Sequence record: PV292302.1
Strand: one strand, 5' to 3'
Length of the DNA stretch: 64,000 bases
Source: Escherichia phage Jgk1
This document shows positions 7,620 to 16,547 of the stretch, piece by piece. Both the position numbers and the translations under genes were made by a program. A model generated the notes under the pieces. It worked only from the letters and a program-made list of their open reading frames with translations, was not told the origin of the DNA and did not search any database. Numbering within the stretch: position 1 is the stretch's first letter; every line of letters starts with the position of its first letter.

Positions 7620-8837
7620 ATGCAAACTTTTACCGCTAAACAATATCTGGCTATCGACATTGCTAACAACTATGGTCTGGACAAGAAGACCTGGGACGAA
7701 CGTTTGGCATGGTTCGAAGAGAACAAAGGTAATTTGCTCAACTTAGTTGAATCAGCAGATGAACCGGCAATGTTCTATGCAGGTGTTGTAGCCTATCACG
7801 ACATGCTGGATGGTAAGCCTATCGGTTATACCGTAGCACTGGATGCAACGTCATCTGGTCTGCAATTACTGGCATGTCTCACTGGTGACCGTAAAGCAGC
7901 AGAACTGTGCAACGTAGTTAACTATATGGGTGATAACGGTAAGCCATTACGTCGTGATGCCTATACCGTTATCTATCACACTATGCTGGACATCGTAGGT
8001 CAGTCTTCCCGTGTTAAGCGAGATGACTGTAAGCAGGCTGTAATGACTGCATTCTACGGCTCTGAGGCTAAGCCTAAAGAAGTGTTCGGTGAAGGTATCC
8101 TGTTACGTACATTTGAGAACGTAATGGATACTTCTGCACCAGGTCCGTGGGCATTAAACAAGTTCCTGCTTCAGTGTGGTAACCCGGATGCTATGTCATA
8201 CCTCTGGGTACTGCCTGATAACTTCCATTGTCAGATTAAGGTAATGGTTCCTGAAGTTCAAACCGTGAACTTCCTGAACAAACCTTATGACATCACTCGT
8301 ATGGTTCAGGGTACTGAAGAGAAGACTCGTATGCTCTCCGCTAATACTACCCACTCCATTGATGGAATGGTGGTACGTGAGATGCTGCGTCGTTGTAACT
8401 ACGATGCTGACCTGATTACTTACGTTAAGCAGTTATGCTACGGGGTGCAGGAAAGCAATGTAGCTCTGGAAGAGAACTTTGACATGGTAATGCAGTTATG
8501 GAACCACTATGAGAAGAGTGGGTTCCTGTCCATGTACATCTGTAACTTCCTGGATGCAGGTTCTATCCATCTGGTAGACCGTCAGGTAATCCTGGACATG
8601 CTGGATACGCTTCCTAAGAAGCCATTCAAAGTGATGACCGTACATGACTGCTTCCGTTGCCATCCTAACTATGGCAATGACCTGCGTCGTCAGTACAACC
8701 AGATTCTGTCTGACATTGCCAAGAGTGACCTGCTGGGCTTCATCCTGAGCCAGGTACTAGGACAAGAGTTTTCTGCTGGTAAACTGGATAATGACCTATG
8801 GAAGGACATTCTGGAGACTGACTATGCGCTCAGCTAA
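7620..8837 (+). CDS. Phage RNA polymerase II large/catalytic subunit (T7-like single-subunit RNAP fold, N4 gp16-like)
   Basis: 405 aa; C-terminal MTVHDCFRCHP resembles the T7 RNAP HDSFG catalytic motif. Confidence 0.65.
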   Translation: MQTFTAKQYLAIDIANNYGLDKKTWDERLAWFEENKGNLLNLVESADEPAMFYAGVVAYHDMLDGKPIGYTVALDATSSGLQLLACLTGDRKAAELCNVVNYMGDNGKPLRRDAYTVIYHTMLDIVGQSSRVKRDDCKQAVMTAFYGSEAKPKEVFGEGILLRTFENVMDTSAPGPWALNKFLLQCGNPDAMSYLWVLPDNFHCQIKVMVPEVQTVNFLNKPYDITRMVQGTEEKTRMLSANTTHSIDGMVVREMLRRCNYDADLITYVKQLCYGVQESNVALEENFDMVMQLWNHYEKSGFLSMYICNFLDAGSIHLVDRQVILDMLDTLPKKPFKVMTVHDCFRCHPNYGNDLRRQYNQILSDIAKSDLLGFILSQVLGQEFSAGKLDNDLWKDILETDYALS

Positions 8838-8921
8838 ACTGTGGTTTGCTATATTCGCTGTAATTTATACAGGCTGCTCCCTGGCATTCAATATCTGGGT
8901 AACCTACTTCATGTAATAAAT

Positions 8922-8956
8922 AGCCACTCCTTCGGGAGTGGCTTATTTTTTTTTTT
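8922..8956 (+). terminator. Rho-independent terminator
   Basis: 9-bp hairpin agccactcc-ttcg-ggagtggct followed by a 13-T run. Confidence 0.8.
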
Positions 8957-9003
8957 TCTTTGACTGCATACTACTAGGGTTATTAACCCTAGAGGAAATT
9001 GCT

Positions 9004-9837
9004 ATGCCTACGTTAAAAGTTGCTTTTAACAAGACTACCAAGGTAGCTACCGTACTGGATGCCAGTGGTAGTGTACCTTCAGGTTCCGTAGAAATTGGAA
9101 CCTTTGTTCACCCTGATGCTACTTACCCAGATAGTTATGTTATCTATCATGGTGTACGTGACCTGCTCTATAAACGTGATAAAGATGACCCATCGGAGCC
9201 AGGTTTCTGGCCTAATAACTACGTAGATATGCAGGCAGTAACTATTACTAACTCTGCTACTCCACGTCTGGTTATTGGTACTGCACTGCCTCGTGTAATC
9301 TCCACCATTGAAGGTGAGGATGTAGTCTGGCATGTAGATGTAGCTGGTGGTAAAGCTCCTATCACTTATGAGTGGCAGTTCAAAGCTCTAACTCCTGGTG
9401 CTGATTACGTAGTAATTGATGATTCCATCAATCCATCTGCTGCTACCGCAACCCTGGTTAACAATGCTGTAACTCTGGAGTCTGCTGGTTATTACAAAGT
9501 AATTGCTACTGATGCCAATGGAACCACGGCAGAAAGTGAATCACTACTCGCTGTGGGTGCTTACGCTGCTGGCTCGCTGGTAGCTACACCTGCTTCACTG
9601 GCTCTGTCAGTAGCTGCTGATACTACCAATGGTAAAACTACTACCATTACTGCTCTGCCTGCTGGAACCAGTACAGGTACGTTGTTCATTAAGACTGCCC
9701 CTGCTTCTGCACAAGCTACTGCTACCTTAGCTGGTAATGTACTAACAGTTAAACCTGTAGCTGCTGGTGCTGCTACTTCTGTAGTAGTTAGTAATGGTAC
9801 TGTTGATGTTACTATCGCTGTGACAGTTGCAGCTTAA
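9004..9837 (+). CDS. Ig-like (Big-type) capsid decoration protein candidate (N4 gp17-like)
   Basis: Internal ATG of track ORF 8938; Thr/Ala/Val-rich beta-rich repeats; sits after RNAP II genes as in N4. Confidence 0.45.
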   Translation: MPTLKVAFNKTTKVATVLDASGSVPSGSVEIGTFVHPDATYPDSYVIYHGVRDLLYKRDKDDPSEPGFWPNNYVDMQAVTITNSATPRLVIGTALPRVISTIEGEDVVWHVDVAGGKAPITYEWQFKALTPGADYVVIDDSINPSAATATLVNNAVTLESAGYYKVIATDANGTTAESESLLAVGAYAAGSLVATPASLALSVAADTTNGKTTTITALPAGTSTGTLFIKTAPASAQATATLAGNVLTVKPVAAGAATSVVVSNGTVDVTIAVTVAA

Positions 9838-9902
9838 TAGTATCTGTTTGTTTGGTTAAAGCCCTCCTTGTGGGGGCTTTCTTGTATCTATAGGAGAGTA
9901 AA

Positions 9903-10367
9903 ATGAAAGAAGCAATAACAATCTCTTTTGCTGGTGCTCAGTGCACAGGAAAGAGTCGATTGATGGAAGAAACTAAAAAGAAATGCTCGGATAACTTTGA
10001 TATACAAGATTCAGTGGTAGAGCATGTATTAACTGCACGCATGCGTGAAGTAAATAAACCTAAATTACGTGTATGGCATATTCCACAAGTACCCGGCAAA
10101 CCTTTCTATGTAGAAGTGGACTCTGTAGCCGAAGGTGTTAAGGTCATAAAAACCCTTGCGTTATATGACCAGTTCCAGTTAGATAATAACATTAAAGGTG
10201 ACTTTTCAAACATGAATGGACTTGATATGTATGACGAAAGTCTTACAGACCAAGACCTATCTGATATAGGATTAGAAGACCGCTGGATATCCTGGTACTA
10301 CGAAGATGACAATGAATTCTTTGATGACCCAGAAAGGTATCTTGACTGGCTTGCTACGCAATCCTGA
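9903..10367 (+). CDS. P-loop-containing protein (154 aa), acidic C-terminus
   Basis: N-terminal Walker A-like GAQCTGKS. Confidence 0.45.
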   Translation: MKEAITISFAGAQCTGKSRLMEETKKKCSDNFDIQDSVVEHVLTARMREVNKPKLRVWHIPQVPGKPFYVEVDSVAEGVKVIKTLALYDQFQLDNNIKGDFSNMNGLDMYDESLTDQDLSDIGLEDRWISWYYEDDNEFFDDPERYLDWLATQS

Positions 10368-10418
10368 TTCTTTTTGTGGGTTGAAAAACCCCTGAATAAC
10401 ATTCCTTTGCTGTCTTTA

Positions 10419-10447
10419 GCCCACCCTTGCGGTGGGCATCTTTTTTT
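10419..10447 (+). terminator. Rho-independent terminator
   Basis: gcccacc-cttgc-ggtgggc hairpin plus T7 run. Confidence 0.75.
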
Positions 10448-10515
10448 GATTATTATGGGCATCCTTAGTCCATCATTCTGTCAAATGAAATCAACCCTTA
10501 ACCAAGTTAGAAAAA

Positions 10516-10541
10516 CCCCAGCATTGTCTGGGGTTTTTTTG
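10516..10541 (+). terminator. Rho-independent terminator
   Basis: ccccag-cattgt-ctgggg hairpin plus T7 run. Confidence 0.7.
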
Positions 10542-10571
10542 TTTTGGTGTTTAATTAACTGGAGAGTAAAA

Positions 10572-10790
10572 ATGCAGATTATTGAAGAAAGTATCTATGT
10601 ACCATTCGCTGATATTGGATGCGGCGAATGCTTCCGTACTCAAAGGGACAACTCGAATATTTATATGAAAATTGCTCTTCATAATGGCGATGAAACCGCT
10701 GTTAACATTGAGAATGGTTGCGAACATGAAATCCTTAATAAGGATACCTTCGAGGTTGTGCCAGTAACAACCAAGGTACATGTTAGATGA
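10572..10790 (+). CDS. Hypothetical protein (72 aa)
   Basis: Internal ATG of track ORF 10374 with GGAGAG RBS, downstream of both terminators. Confidence 0.45.
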   Translation: MQIIEESIYVPFADIGCGECFRTQRDNSNIYMKIALHNGDETAVNIENGCEHEILNKDTFEVVPVTTKVHVR

Positions 10791-11140
10791 TGGAAAAGAA
10801 CCGCAGGAAGACACTCATCGAGCGTCTGCTTGCCCGTATCAAGATAATGGATATGGGCTATACCGTTAAGGGTCAACCTAGCCTATGCCACATCTGGACT
10901 GGTTCCCATTCAGGGAATGGTCGAGGTGGTCAATATGGCAGGATTTCCGTGAATGGAATTACCTCTGCTACACATATTGTGGCCTATACCCATTATCACG
11001 GATACATCCCCTGCAAGATGCAGGTAGACCATCTCTGTAATAACCGTTTGTGCTGTAACCCCGAACACCTCGAACTGGTAACTCATCAGGAGAACCAGAA
11101 GAGAAGGGCTGCACGCCAAGCCAAAGGTAAAAAGAAATGA
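10787..11140 (+). CDS. HNH homing endonuclease
   Basis: HYHGYIP...VDHLCNNRLCCNPEHLE...HQEN: His-Asn-His with Cys pairs. Confidence 0.75.
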   Translation: MMEKNRRKTLIERLLARIKIMDMGYTVKGQPSLCHIWTGSHSGNGRGGQYGRISVNGITSATHIVAYTHYHGYIPCKMQVDHLCNNRLCCNPEHLELVTHQENQKRRAARQAKGKKK

Positions 11141-11322
11141 AAGATGAAGCAAAATTTGCTTTCTTTATTGGTGCTGTAGCTGGAATGTTTTTCATGGGGT
11201 TAGGTATGACGCATATCGGCCCCAATTCCAAAGCTAAAATTGATAGCTTAAAGGCTGAATGTGAACTTAACATTCCTCGTAATGAATCCTGTGTAATGCA
11301 GTTCGTACCGGAGAAAAAATGA
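11137..11322 (+). CDS. Small membrane protein (61 aa)
   Basis: ORF with hydrophobic segment FAFFIGAVAGMFFMGLGM. Confidence 0.4.
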   Translation: MKDEAKFAFFIGAVAGMFFMGLGMTHIGPNSKAKIDSLKAECELNIPRNESCVMQFVPEKK

Positions 11323-11504
11323 CCCTAACTCGTACACAACAATCTACCCTGCGAATGATTGCAGGTGGTTTAACTCGTGTTGCACCTAATAACAAAACTG
11401 CCATTGCTTTGAAGAAAGCTGGGCTGGTTTACCATAAACCTGCTTTTGGTTGGCTCCTGACTGATGCAGGGAACCAGAAGCACAAAGAGCTAGTGGGTAA
11501 ATAA
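11319..11504 (+). CDS. Hypothetical protein (61 aa)
   Basis: ORF, translationally coupled. Confidence 0.4.
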   Translation: MTLTRTQQSTLRMIAGGLTRVAPNNKTAIALKKAGLVYHKPAFGWLLTDAGNQKHKELVGK

Positions 11505-11833
11505 TGAAAACTCTTTTAGCCGTTTTGTTGGTGTCAGCCTCTGTGCTGTCTTTCTCTGCCAAAGCCTCTGACTCATCAGATAATCTGATTGAGGCTGCTC
11601 AGGCATACCTCAATGAACCTATTGCCTATATCCAGCAAGGATACTTCATGGGCATGGTTCAGTTATATGGTGATAGCACAGAGAACTGCGTACCAGAAGG
11701 TCTTCGCTATCGTGAAGTAAACCAACGCGTAGCCCGTGTAATTGCTTATGACGCTAACGTCGTAACAATGCACTCGTCCTATAAAATCATGGAATACGCT
11801 TTCAACAAAGCCTATCCGTGCAAGAAACTTTAA
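11504..11833 (+). CDS. Putative secreted/periplasmic protein (109 aa)
   Basis: N-terminal signal-peptide-like MKTLLAVLLVSASVLSFSAKA. Confidence 0.45.
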   Translation: MKTLLAVLLVSASVLSFSAKASDSSDNLIEAAQAYLNEPIAYIQQGYFMGMVQLYGDSTENCVPEGLRYREVNQRVARVIAYDANVVTMHSSYKIMEYAFNKAYPCKKL

Positions 11834-11860
11834 TCATTAATTCCTAACAGGAGATGCAAA

Positions 11861-12208
11861 ATGAGCGACCGTACCCCCTCAACTGATGCCCTGGAAACTC
11901 TGGGCATGATTCACTTTAAGCCAGAACATCGTGATGCCATTCACTTAGCTGTTGAACCAGTGGTAGCTGGTTGCTCCCTGCGTATAGGACAGCGCATTGG
12001 TATTGTAAATGGTGTGGCTTACCCTGTTGGATTTAAAATCCAGTATGAAGGTAGTGCCTGTGAAGTAACTGCTCCTTACCACGGCATCGTTGACCCATTC
12101 CTGCCAACAGGACCACTCGAAGGCCAGAAGTTCTGGTTCGTAATGGCTCCACGGATGGTTACATCCTTACGTCATGTCTGGTCACACCCGGAGTTCCCTG
12201 ATGAGTGA
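11861..12208 (+). CDS. Hypothetical protein (115 aa)
   Basis: ORF with GGAGA RBS. Confidence 0.45.
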   Translation: MSDRTPSTDALETLGMIHFKPEHRDAIHLAVEPVVAGCSLRIGQRIGIVNGVAYPVGFKIQYEGSACEVTAPYHGIVDPFLPTGPLEGQKFWFVMAPRMVTSLRHVWSHPEFPDE

Positions 12209-12560
12209 ACCATTAGATATTAATGACGCTGCATTATGTGAAGCGTTGTTGTTAATGGGTGATGAAAAAGCCGTAGCCTGGGCATGGATTCAGGGTTATA
12301 CCAAGAACCTGCTACAGGAAATTCAAGAGTATCTTGGTGATGTTGACTACGAATATCAGTCCAATGTCATTCAGGATGAATACGACTTAATGGAACTCGC
12401 TGACGGTCACCAGAATGGTAACTGGGGTGATTACATGATTGTTGGTGGACTCTTTGAAGGTAACGGCGTTGACCCGCTATTCTGGGACAAGTATGCAATT
12501 GTCCGTGGTATCCCTCGTGAAGAAGTGTCTGATAGTAACTTCTTCTCTTGCTCCTGTTAA
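12201..12560 (+). CDS. Hypothetical acidic protein (119 aa)
   Basis: Internal ATG of track ORF 12174. Confidence 0.4.
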   Translation: MSEPLDINDAALCEALLLMGDEKAVAWAWIQGYTKNLLQEIQEYLGDVDYEYQSNVIQDEYDLMELADGHQNGNWGDYMIVGGLFEGNGVDPLFWDKYAIVRGIPREEVSDSNFFSCSC

Positions 12561-12571
12561 GGAATTAAATA

Positions 12572-13627
12572 ATGGCAAGTATCGACTCACTTGTTGTGTG
12601 TAACTCACGACAGGCTCGTAAGTTTGTTATCCGTACTTTGTTAGCAGGCAACGTTCCGTTCCTGACTTCATCTCCAGGTATGGGTAAATCTGCAATGATT
12701 CGTTCTATTGCAGAAGAATTTGGTATGAAGCTGATTGACCATCGTCTGTCTACTTCTGCCCCGGAAGACCTGTCAGGTCTGCCTCGTTTTACCTCAGATG
12801 GGCGTGCAGAGTTTGCACCATTCAATGACTTGTTCCCTCTGGAAGGGGATAAGATTCCTGATGGTTATAACGGCTGGCTTCTATTCCTGGATGAGTTTAA
12901 CTCAGCCAAGAAGGAAGTAGTAGCTGCTGCATATAAACTGATTCTTGACCGTATGACTGGTCAGAAGAAATTACATGAAAATGTAATGATTGTCTGTGCT
13001 GGTAACAAACAAACTGACCGTGCCATCGTTAACCCAATGGGTACTGCAATGCAGTCTCGTGTGGTTCACTTTGAGATGGAAATGAATTTCGACATCTTTC
13101 TTGAAGATGTAATGATTCCTCAGAAGTGGGATGAACGTCTGGTTGCATTCCTTCATGCTAATACATCGTATCTGCATGACTTCGACCCAGCTCATAAGAA
13201 CAAAACGTTCTGTTGTCCTCGTACATGGGACTTTGTTAACAAAGACCTTAAGAACCAGGCTCCTGGGGCTTTACCAGATGAAGATTCCCTCTATTATGCT
13301 GGTCATGTTACGGCAGGTAAGGCTACAGAATTCGTACAGTTTACTCAGGTTTATAACCAACTGGTCACTATCGAACAGGTAGTTAAAGACCCGAAAAATG
13401 CACGATTACCCCAGGACAACAACCTGTGCTGGGCTACTGTTACATATCTCGCTAACAAGACTACGGTAGACAATTTCCCAGAAATTGTGGAATACATTCA
13501 GCGTTTCAACACGATGACGCATCGTATTCTTTACTTCCGTGCAGCCAGTAAGATGTGTCCAGATGTCACTGGTTTACCAGAATGGCGTCAGGCTGCTGCT
13601 TCCCTGTCTCGTTACTTACACGGATAA
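12572..13627 (+). CDS. MoxR-like AAA+ ATPase
   Basis: Walker A SPGMGKSAM, Walker B LLFLDEF, MoxR-like IVCAGNKQTD. Confidence 0.7.
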   Translation: MASIDSLVVCNSRQARKFVIRTLLAGNVPFLTSSPGMGKSAMIRSIAEEFGMKLIDHRLSTSAPEDLSGLPRFTSDGRAEFAPFNDLFPLEGDKIPDGYNGWLLFLDEFNSAKKEVVAAAYKLILDRMTGQKKLHENVMIVCAGNKQTDRAIVNPMGTAMQSRVVHFEMEMNFDIFLEDVMIPQKWDERLVAFLHANTSYLHDFDPAHKNKTFCCPRTWDFVNKDLKNQAPGALPDEDSLYYAGHVTAGKATEFVQFTQVYNQLVTIEQVVKDPKNARLPQDNNLCWATVTYLANKTTVDNFPEIVEYIQRFNTMTHRILYFRAASKMCPDVTGLPEWRQAAASLSRYLHG

Positions 13628-13634
13628 AACAATA

Positions 13635-14807
13635 ATGAACCAGATACCTCAGCACACACTTAGCGACGACCAACTGATGCGTGAATATGACCGTATTCAA
13701 GCTCAGGCATTCTTAGGTAAGAGTGCAGCTTTCTTTGGTTCGTTGCTGTGTAGCCTTAAATTCTCATGGCAGCGTGAGAATTGTGAGACAGCTCAGACCG
13801 ATGGTATTGAGCTGCAATTTAATCCAGACTTCTTTGTCTGGATGTGCCCAGATGCCAGGGAAACCGTGCTTATGCACGAACTCTGGCACGTAGCTTATCT
13901 TCACGGCATCCGTCAGGGTAGTCGTGATGGAAGCATTTGGAACGAAGCCTGTGACCATTTCATCAACCTTCAATTAGAAGCTGATGGTTATAAGTTCACT
14001 GGCATAGAAGATTGCTGCAAAGACCCACACTATATTGGATGGGTCGAAGAAGACATCTACGATGACCTCATGAAGAACCCACAGAAAAGGCGTAAGCCGT
14101 CTGGTGGAATCTGTGATGGTCTTGCTGGCGACATGGTTACCCTCGCTTCAGGGTTGTCCCAGGGTGCTGTCGTCAACAACGTAGTACGTGCAATGCAGCA
14201 ACAAAAACTAGCTGGTGGAACATTAGCTGGACAGGGTGCAGGGCGTTTAGAGGAAGTGATTACTCAGTTCCTTAAGCCTGTAGTTCCGTGGCAGCAAGTC
14301 CTAATGGACTTCTTCACTGACATTGATGACACACGGTATACGTGGGCAAGACCTAACCGTCGGTACACTGATATCTATCTGCCATCTCTGGAAGATGATG
14401 AAGGACGTTTAAGACACCTGGTTTACTTCGAGGATGTATCCGGTTCTATTAGTAAGGCTGATTCTCTGCGTTTCAACTCAGAGGTTGCTTACGTTAAAAG
14501 TCAGTTCAATCCTAAAAAGATGTCTCTGGTCACTTTCGACGATATTATTCAGAACGAAATTAATATCACCGAGGAGGATTCCTTCGAGGAGATTAAAATT
14601 ACAGGACGTGGAGGCACTAGCCTCATTCCTGTACGTGACTGGATTATCAAACATAAACCAACGGCTGCTATCATCTTCTCTGATATGCATGTTGCTCCAA
14701 TGCAAGAACTCCCGTTTGATATTCCTATCATCTGGGTTTGTTTAGGAAACCGTAGTGCTACTGTACCTTTCGGTGAACTCTTACATATTGACCCAGGAAT
14801 GAAGTAA
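13635..14807 (+). CDS. VWA-domain protein with N-terminal HExxH metallopeptidase-like motif, partner of the MoxR ATPase
   Basis: HELWH motif; MIDAS-like DVSGS; adjacent to MoxR ATPase. Confidence 0.6.
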   Translation: MNQIPQHTLSDDQLMREYDRIQAQAFLGKSAAFFGSLLCSLKFSWQRENCETAQTDGIELQFNPDFFVWMCPDARETVLMHELWHVAYLHGIRQGSRDGSIWNEACDHFINLQLEADGYKFTGIEDCCKDPHYIGWVEEDIYDDLMKNPQKRRKPSGGICDGLAGDMVTLASGLSQGAVVNNVVRAMQQQKLAGGTLAGQGAGRLEEVITQFLKPVVPWQQVLMDFFTDIDDTRYTWARPNRRYTDIYLPSLEDDEGRLRHLVYFEDVSGSISKADSLRFNSEVAYVKSQFNPKKMSLVTFDDIIQNEINITEEDSFEEIKITGRGGTSLIPVRDWIIKHKPTAAIIFSDMHVAPMQELPFDIPIIWVCLGNRSATVPFGELLHIDPGMK

Positions 14808-15313
14808 TGGTTATCAACGGAAAAGCTCTCTTTCACTCATCCCAACTACTCGATATACCTGACCGCAAAGTCTCACACCTAGGTGTAAGCTTTGGTCTGG
14901 GTGAAGCTGGTTATGATATTCGTATCAAACAAGATATAACCTTCTATCGTTTATTTGGGTTGATTCCAATGGTGAAAACTGTCGATGGTGAGACGGTAAC
15001 TCGTCGCTTCGGTAAGTTTGCATTGGCTTCAGCAATAGAGAAGTTCAACATGTCACCGTCCTGCGTGGCTATCGTTCACGATAAGTCAACATGGGCTAGA
15101 CGTGCTTTATCTGTATTTAACACCGTAATAGAACCAGGATGGAAAGGGTACCTTACCCTCGAACTGGTCTATCACGGTCGTAAGAAGTTACATATCCCGG
15201 CAGGTTCCGGGATTGCCCAAGTGTTATTCCATTTGGTTCAAGAACCTGCCCATTATGATGGCAAGTATCAGAACCAAGAAAACCAACCTGTAGCTGCAAG
15301 AAGCAGCAAATAA
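14807..15313 (+). CDS. dCTP deaminase / dUTPase-superfamily enzyme
   Basis: GWKGYLTLEL motif typical of dCTP deaminase. Confidence 0.6.
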   Translation: MVINGKALFHSSQLLDIPDRKVSHLGVSFGLGEAGYDIRIKQDITFYRLFGLIPMVKTVDGETVTRRFGKFALASAIEKFNMSPSCVAIVHDKSTWARRALSVFNTVIEPGWKGYLTLELVYHGRKKLHIPAGSGIAQVLFHLVQEPAHYDGKYQNQENQPVAARSSK

Positions 15314-15322
15314 GGAAAAATC

Positions 15323-15526
15323 ATGTCAGTATTTACTACCAAGACTCAATCCGGTCTGAAGACAACTGTAGTAGCAGCAAACGTTGCATTTGTAACTTGC
15401 GATGAGGGTAAAGCAACTATTCACTTTGCTGGTGGTGCTGTTCTTCCTACTGATGTAGGCTATGACTCAGTACGTCGTAATGTAGCTAAAGCACTCGGCA
15501 AATCTGCCGAAGCTGATACAGAGTAA
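15323..15526 (+). CDS. Hypothetical protein (67 aa)
   Basis: ORF with AGGAAAAA RBS. Confidence 0.45.
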   Translation: MSVFTTKTQSGLKTTVVAANVAFVTCDEGKATIHFAGGAVLPTDVGYDSVRRNVAKALGKSAEADTE

Positions 15527-15634
15527 GTAATACCTGGGCTGAAATGAAGCCAAGGCATTTACCTGAATAGCCCTGCATCGTAGGGCTATTTGGGGAAGTT
15601 CCTTCCTTCCATTGCTTATCCATCTCCTATCCAA

Positions 15635-15660
15635 AGCCCACCTAACCGTGGGCTTTTTTA
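15635..15660 (+). terminator. Rho-independent terminator
   Basis: agcccac-ctaacc-gtgggct hairpin plus T5. Confidence 0.7.
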
Positions 15661-15675
15661 ATTACAGGAAACGTT

Positions 15676-16101
15676 ATGTTTACTCGTCAATACGGTAAGT
15701 CTAACCTCATTGAAATGTTACTGGGTATGGACTTCGGCAAGTTGGAACAAACTGCATTGCAGATTGGGACAGGAATACATGATTCAATTGTTGTTAGTAC
15801 CCCAACTGCCCGCAACGATAGTCAAGAAGATGCAATGGTTGTAATGCTGCAATATTTGCAACAAGGTCTTACTGGTACATTTGCAAAGCAACTACGGGCA
15901 GATGAGTTTGAATGTAAACCCACTCCTCACTGCCAGAAACTGGTATACAACATCATTGATGGCTTTTGGACTAAAAACTCATTGGGATTATTTGGTTTAT
16001 ACAAAGAACAACTTGATAGGAATCCCAAAACCAAAGACCTGTTTAAAAGTAAAAGCACCACTCACCATTACCCGTGGTACAGAAGAGGCAGCAAATACTA
16101 A
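15676..16101 (+). CDS. Hypothetical protein (141 aa)
   Basis: ORF with AGGAAA RBS. Confidence 0.45.
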   Translation: MFTRQYGKSNLIEMLLGMDFGKLEQTALQIGTGIHDSIVVSTPTARNDSQEDAMVVMLQYLQQGLTGTFAKQLRADEFECKPTPHCQKLVYNIIDGFWTKNSLGLFGLYKEQLDRNPKTKDLFKSKSTTHHYPWYRRGSKY

Positions 16102-16547
16102 TGCGTATCCCATTCTTAAACAAAAGGAAAGTAATTCCGAGTCTATTCCAGAAAGGGATTGAGGATGAATTTGCACTTAATAAAAAGGCTCAAGAATACA
16201 TTGTGACCCTGTTTGTGGGCATTCACTCAAGTGCAGAAGTACCACTCACTTTCATCTTTGAACAGGTGTTTGTTGTGTACAATCTGGCCTTGTTTTCTGG
16301 TTCCCACGAAGTGAGTGACCAAGCTCGCATAGCCCTGCAAAAGCTCCGTAGCGAGTTTGAGGAGCTAAATACTAATGTTCCATACATAATGGATGCATTT
16401 ACGTCTGTGGCCTGCTCTAAGGCTCTGCAAATGGGCATTCCAATCTTACAATCACTACCCCGTAGTGAATTTAAGCTAGCCTATGTGCAAGCCAGAAAAT
16501 TAACAGAGTCAGGCAATATTTTAACCTACCTTGAGACTCTAAGATGA
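16101..16547 (+). CDS. Hypothetical protein (148 aa)
   Basis: Internal ATG of track ORF 16074 overlapping upstream stop (TAATG). Confidence 0.4.
   Translation: MRIPFLNKRKVIPSLFQKGIEDEFALNKKAQEYIVTLFVGIHSSAEVPLTFIFEQVFVVYNLALFSGSHEVSDQARIALQKLRSEFEELNTNVPYIMDAFTSVACSKALQMGIPILQSLPRSEFKLAYVQARKLTESGNILTYLETLR

Noticed and set aside
8938-9003. Track extension of the decoration-like ORF upstream through the poly-T tract (MAYFFFFF...)
   Set aside because: The extension translates the terminator T-run; the internal ATG at 9004 is the credible start
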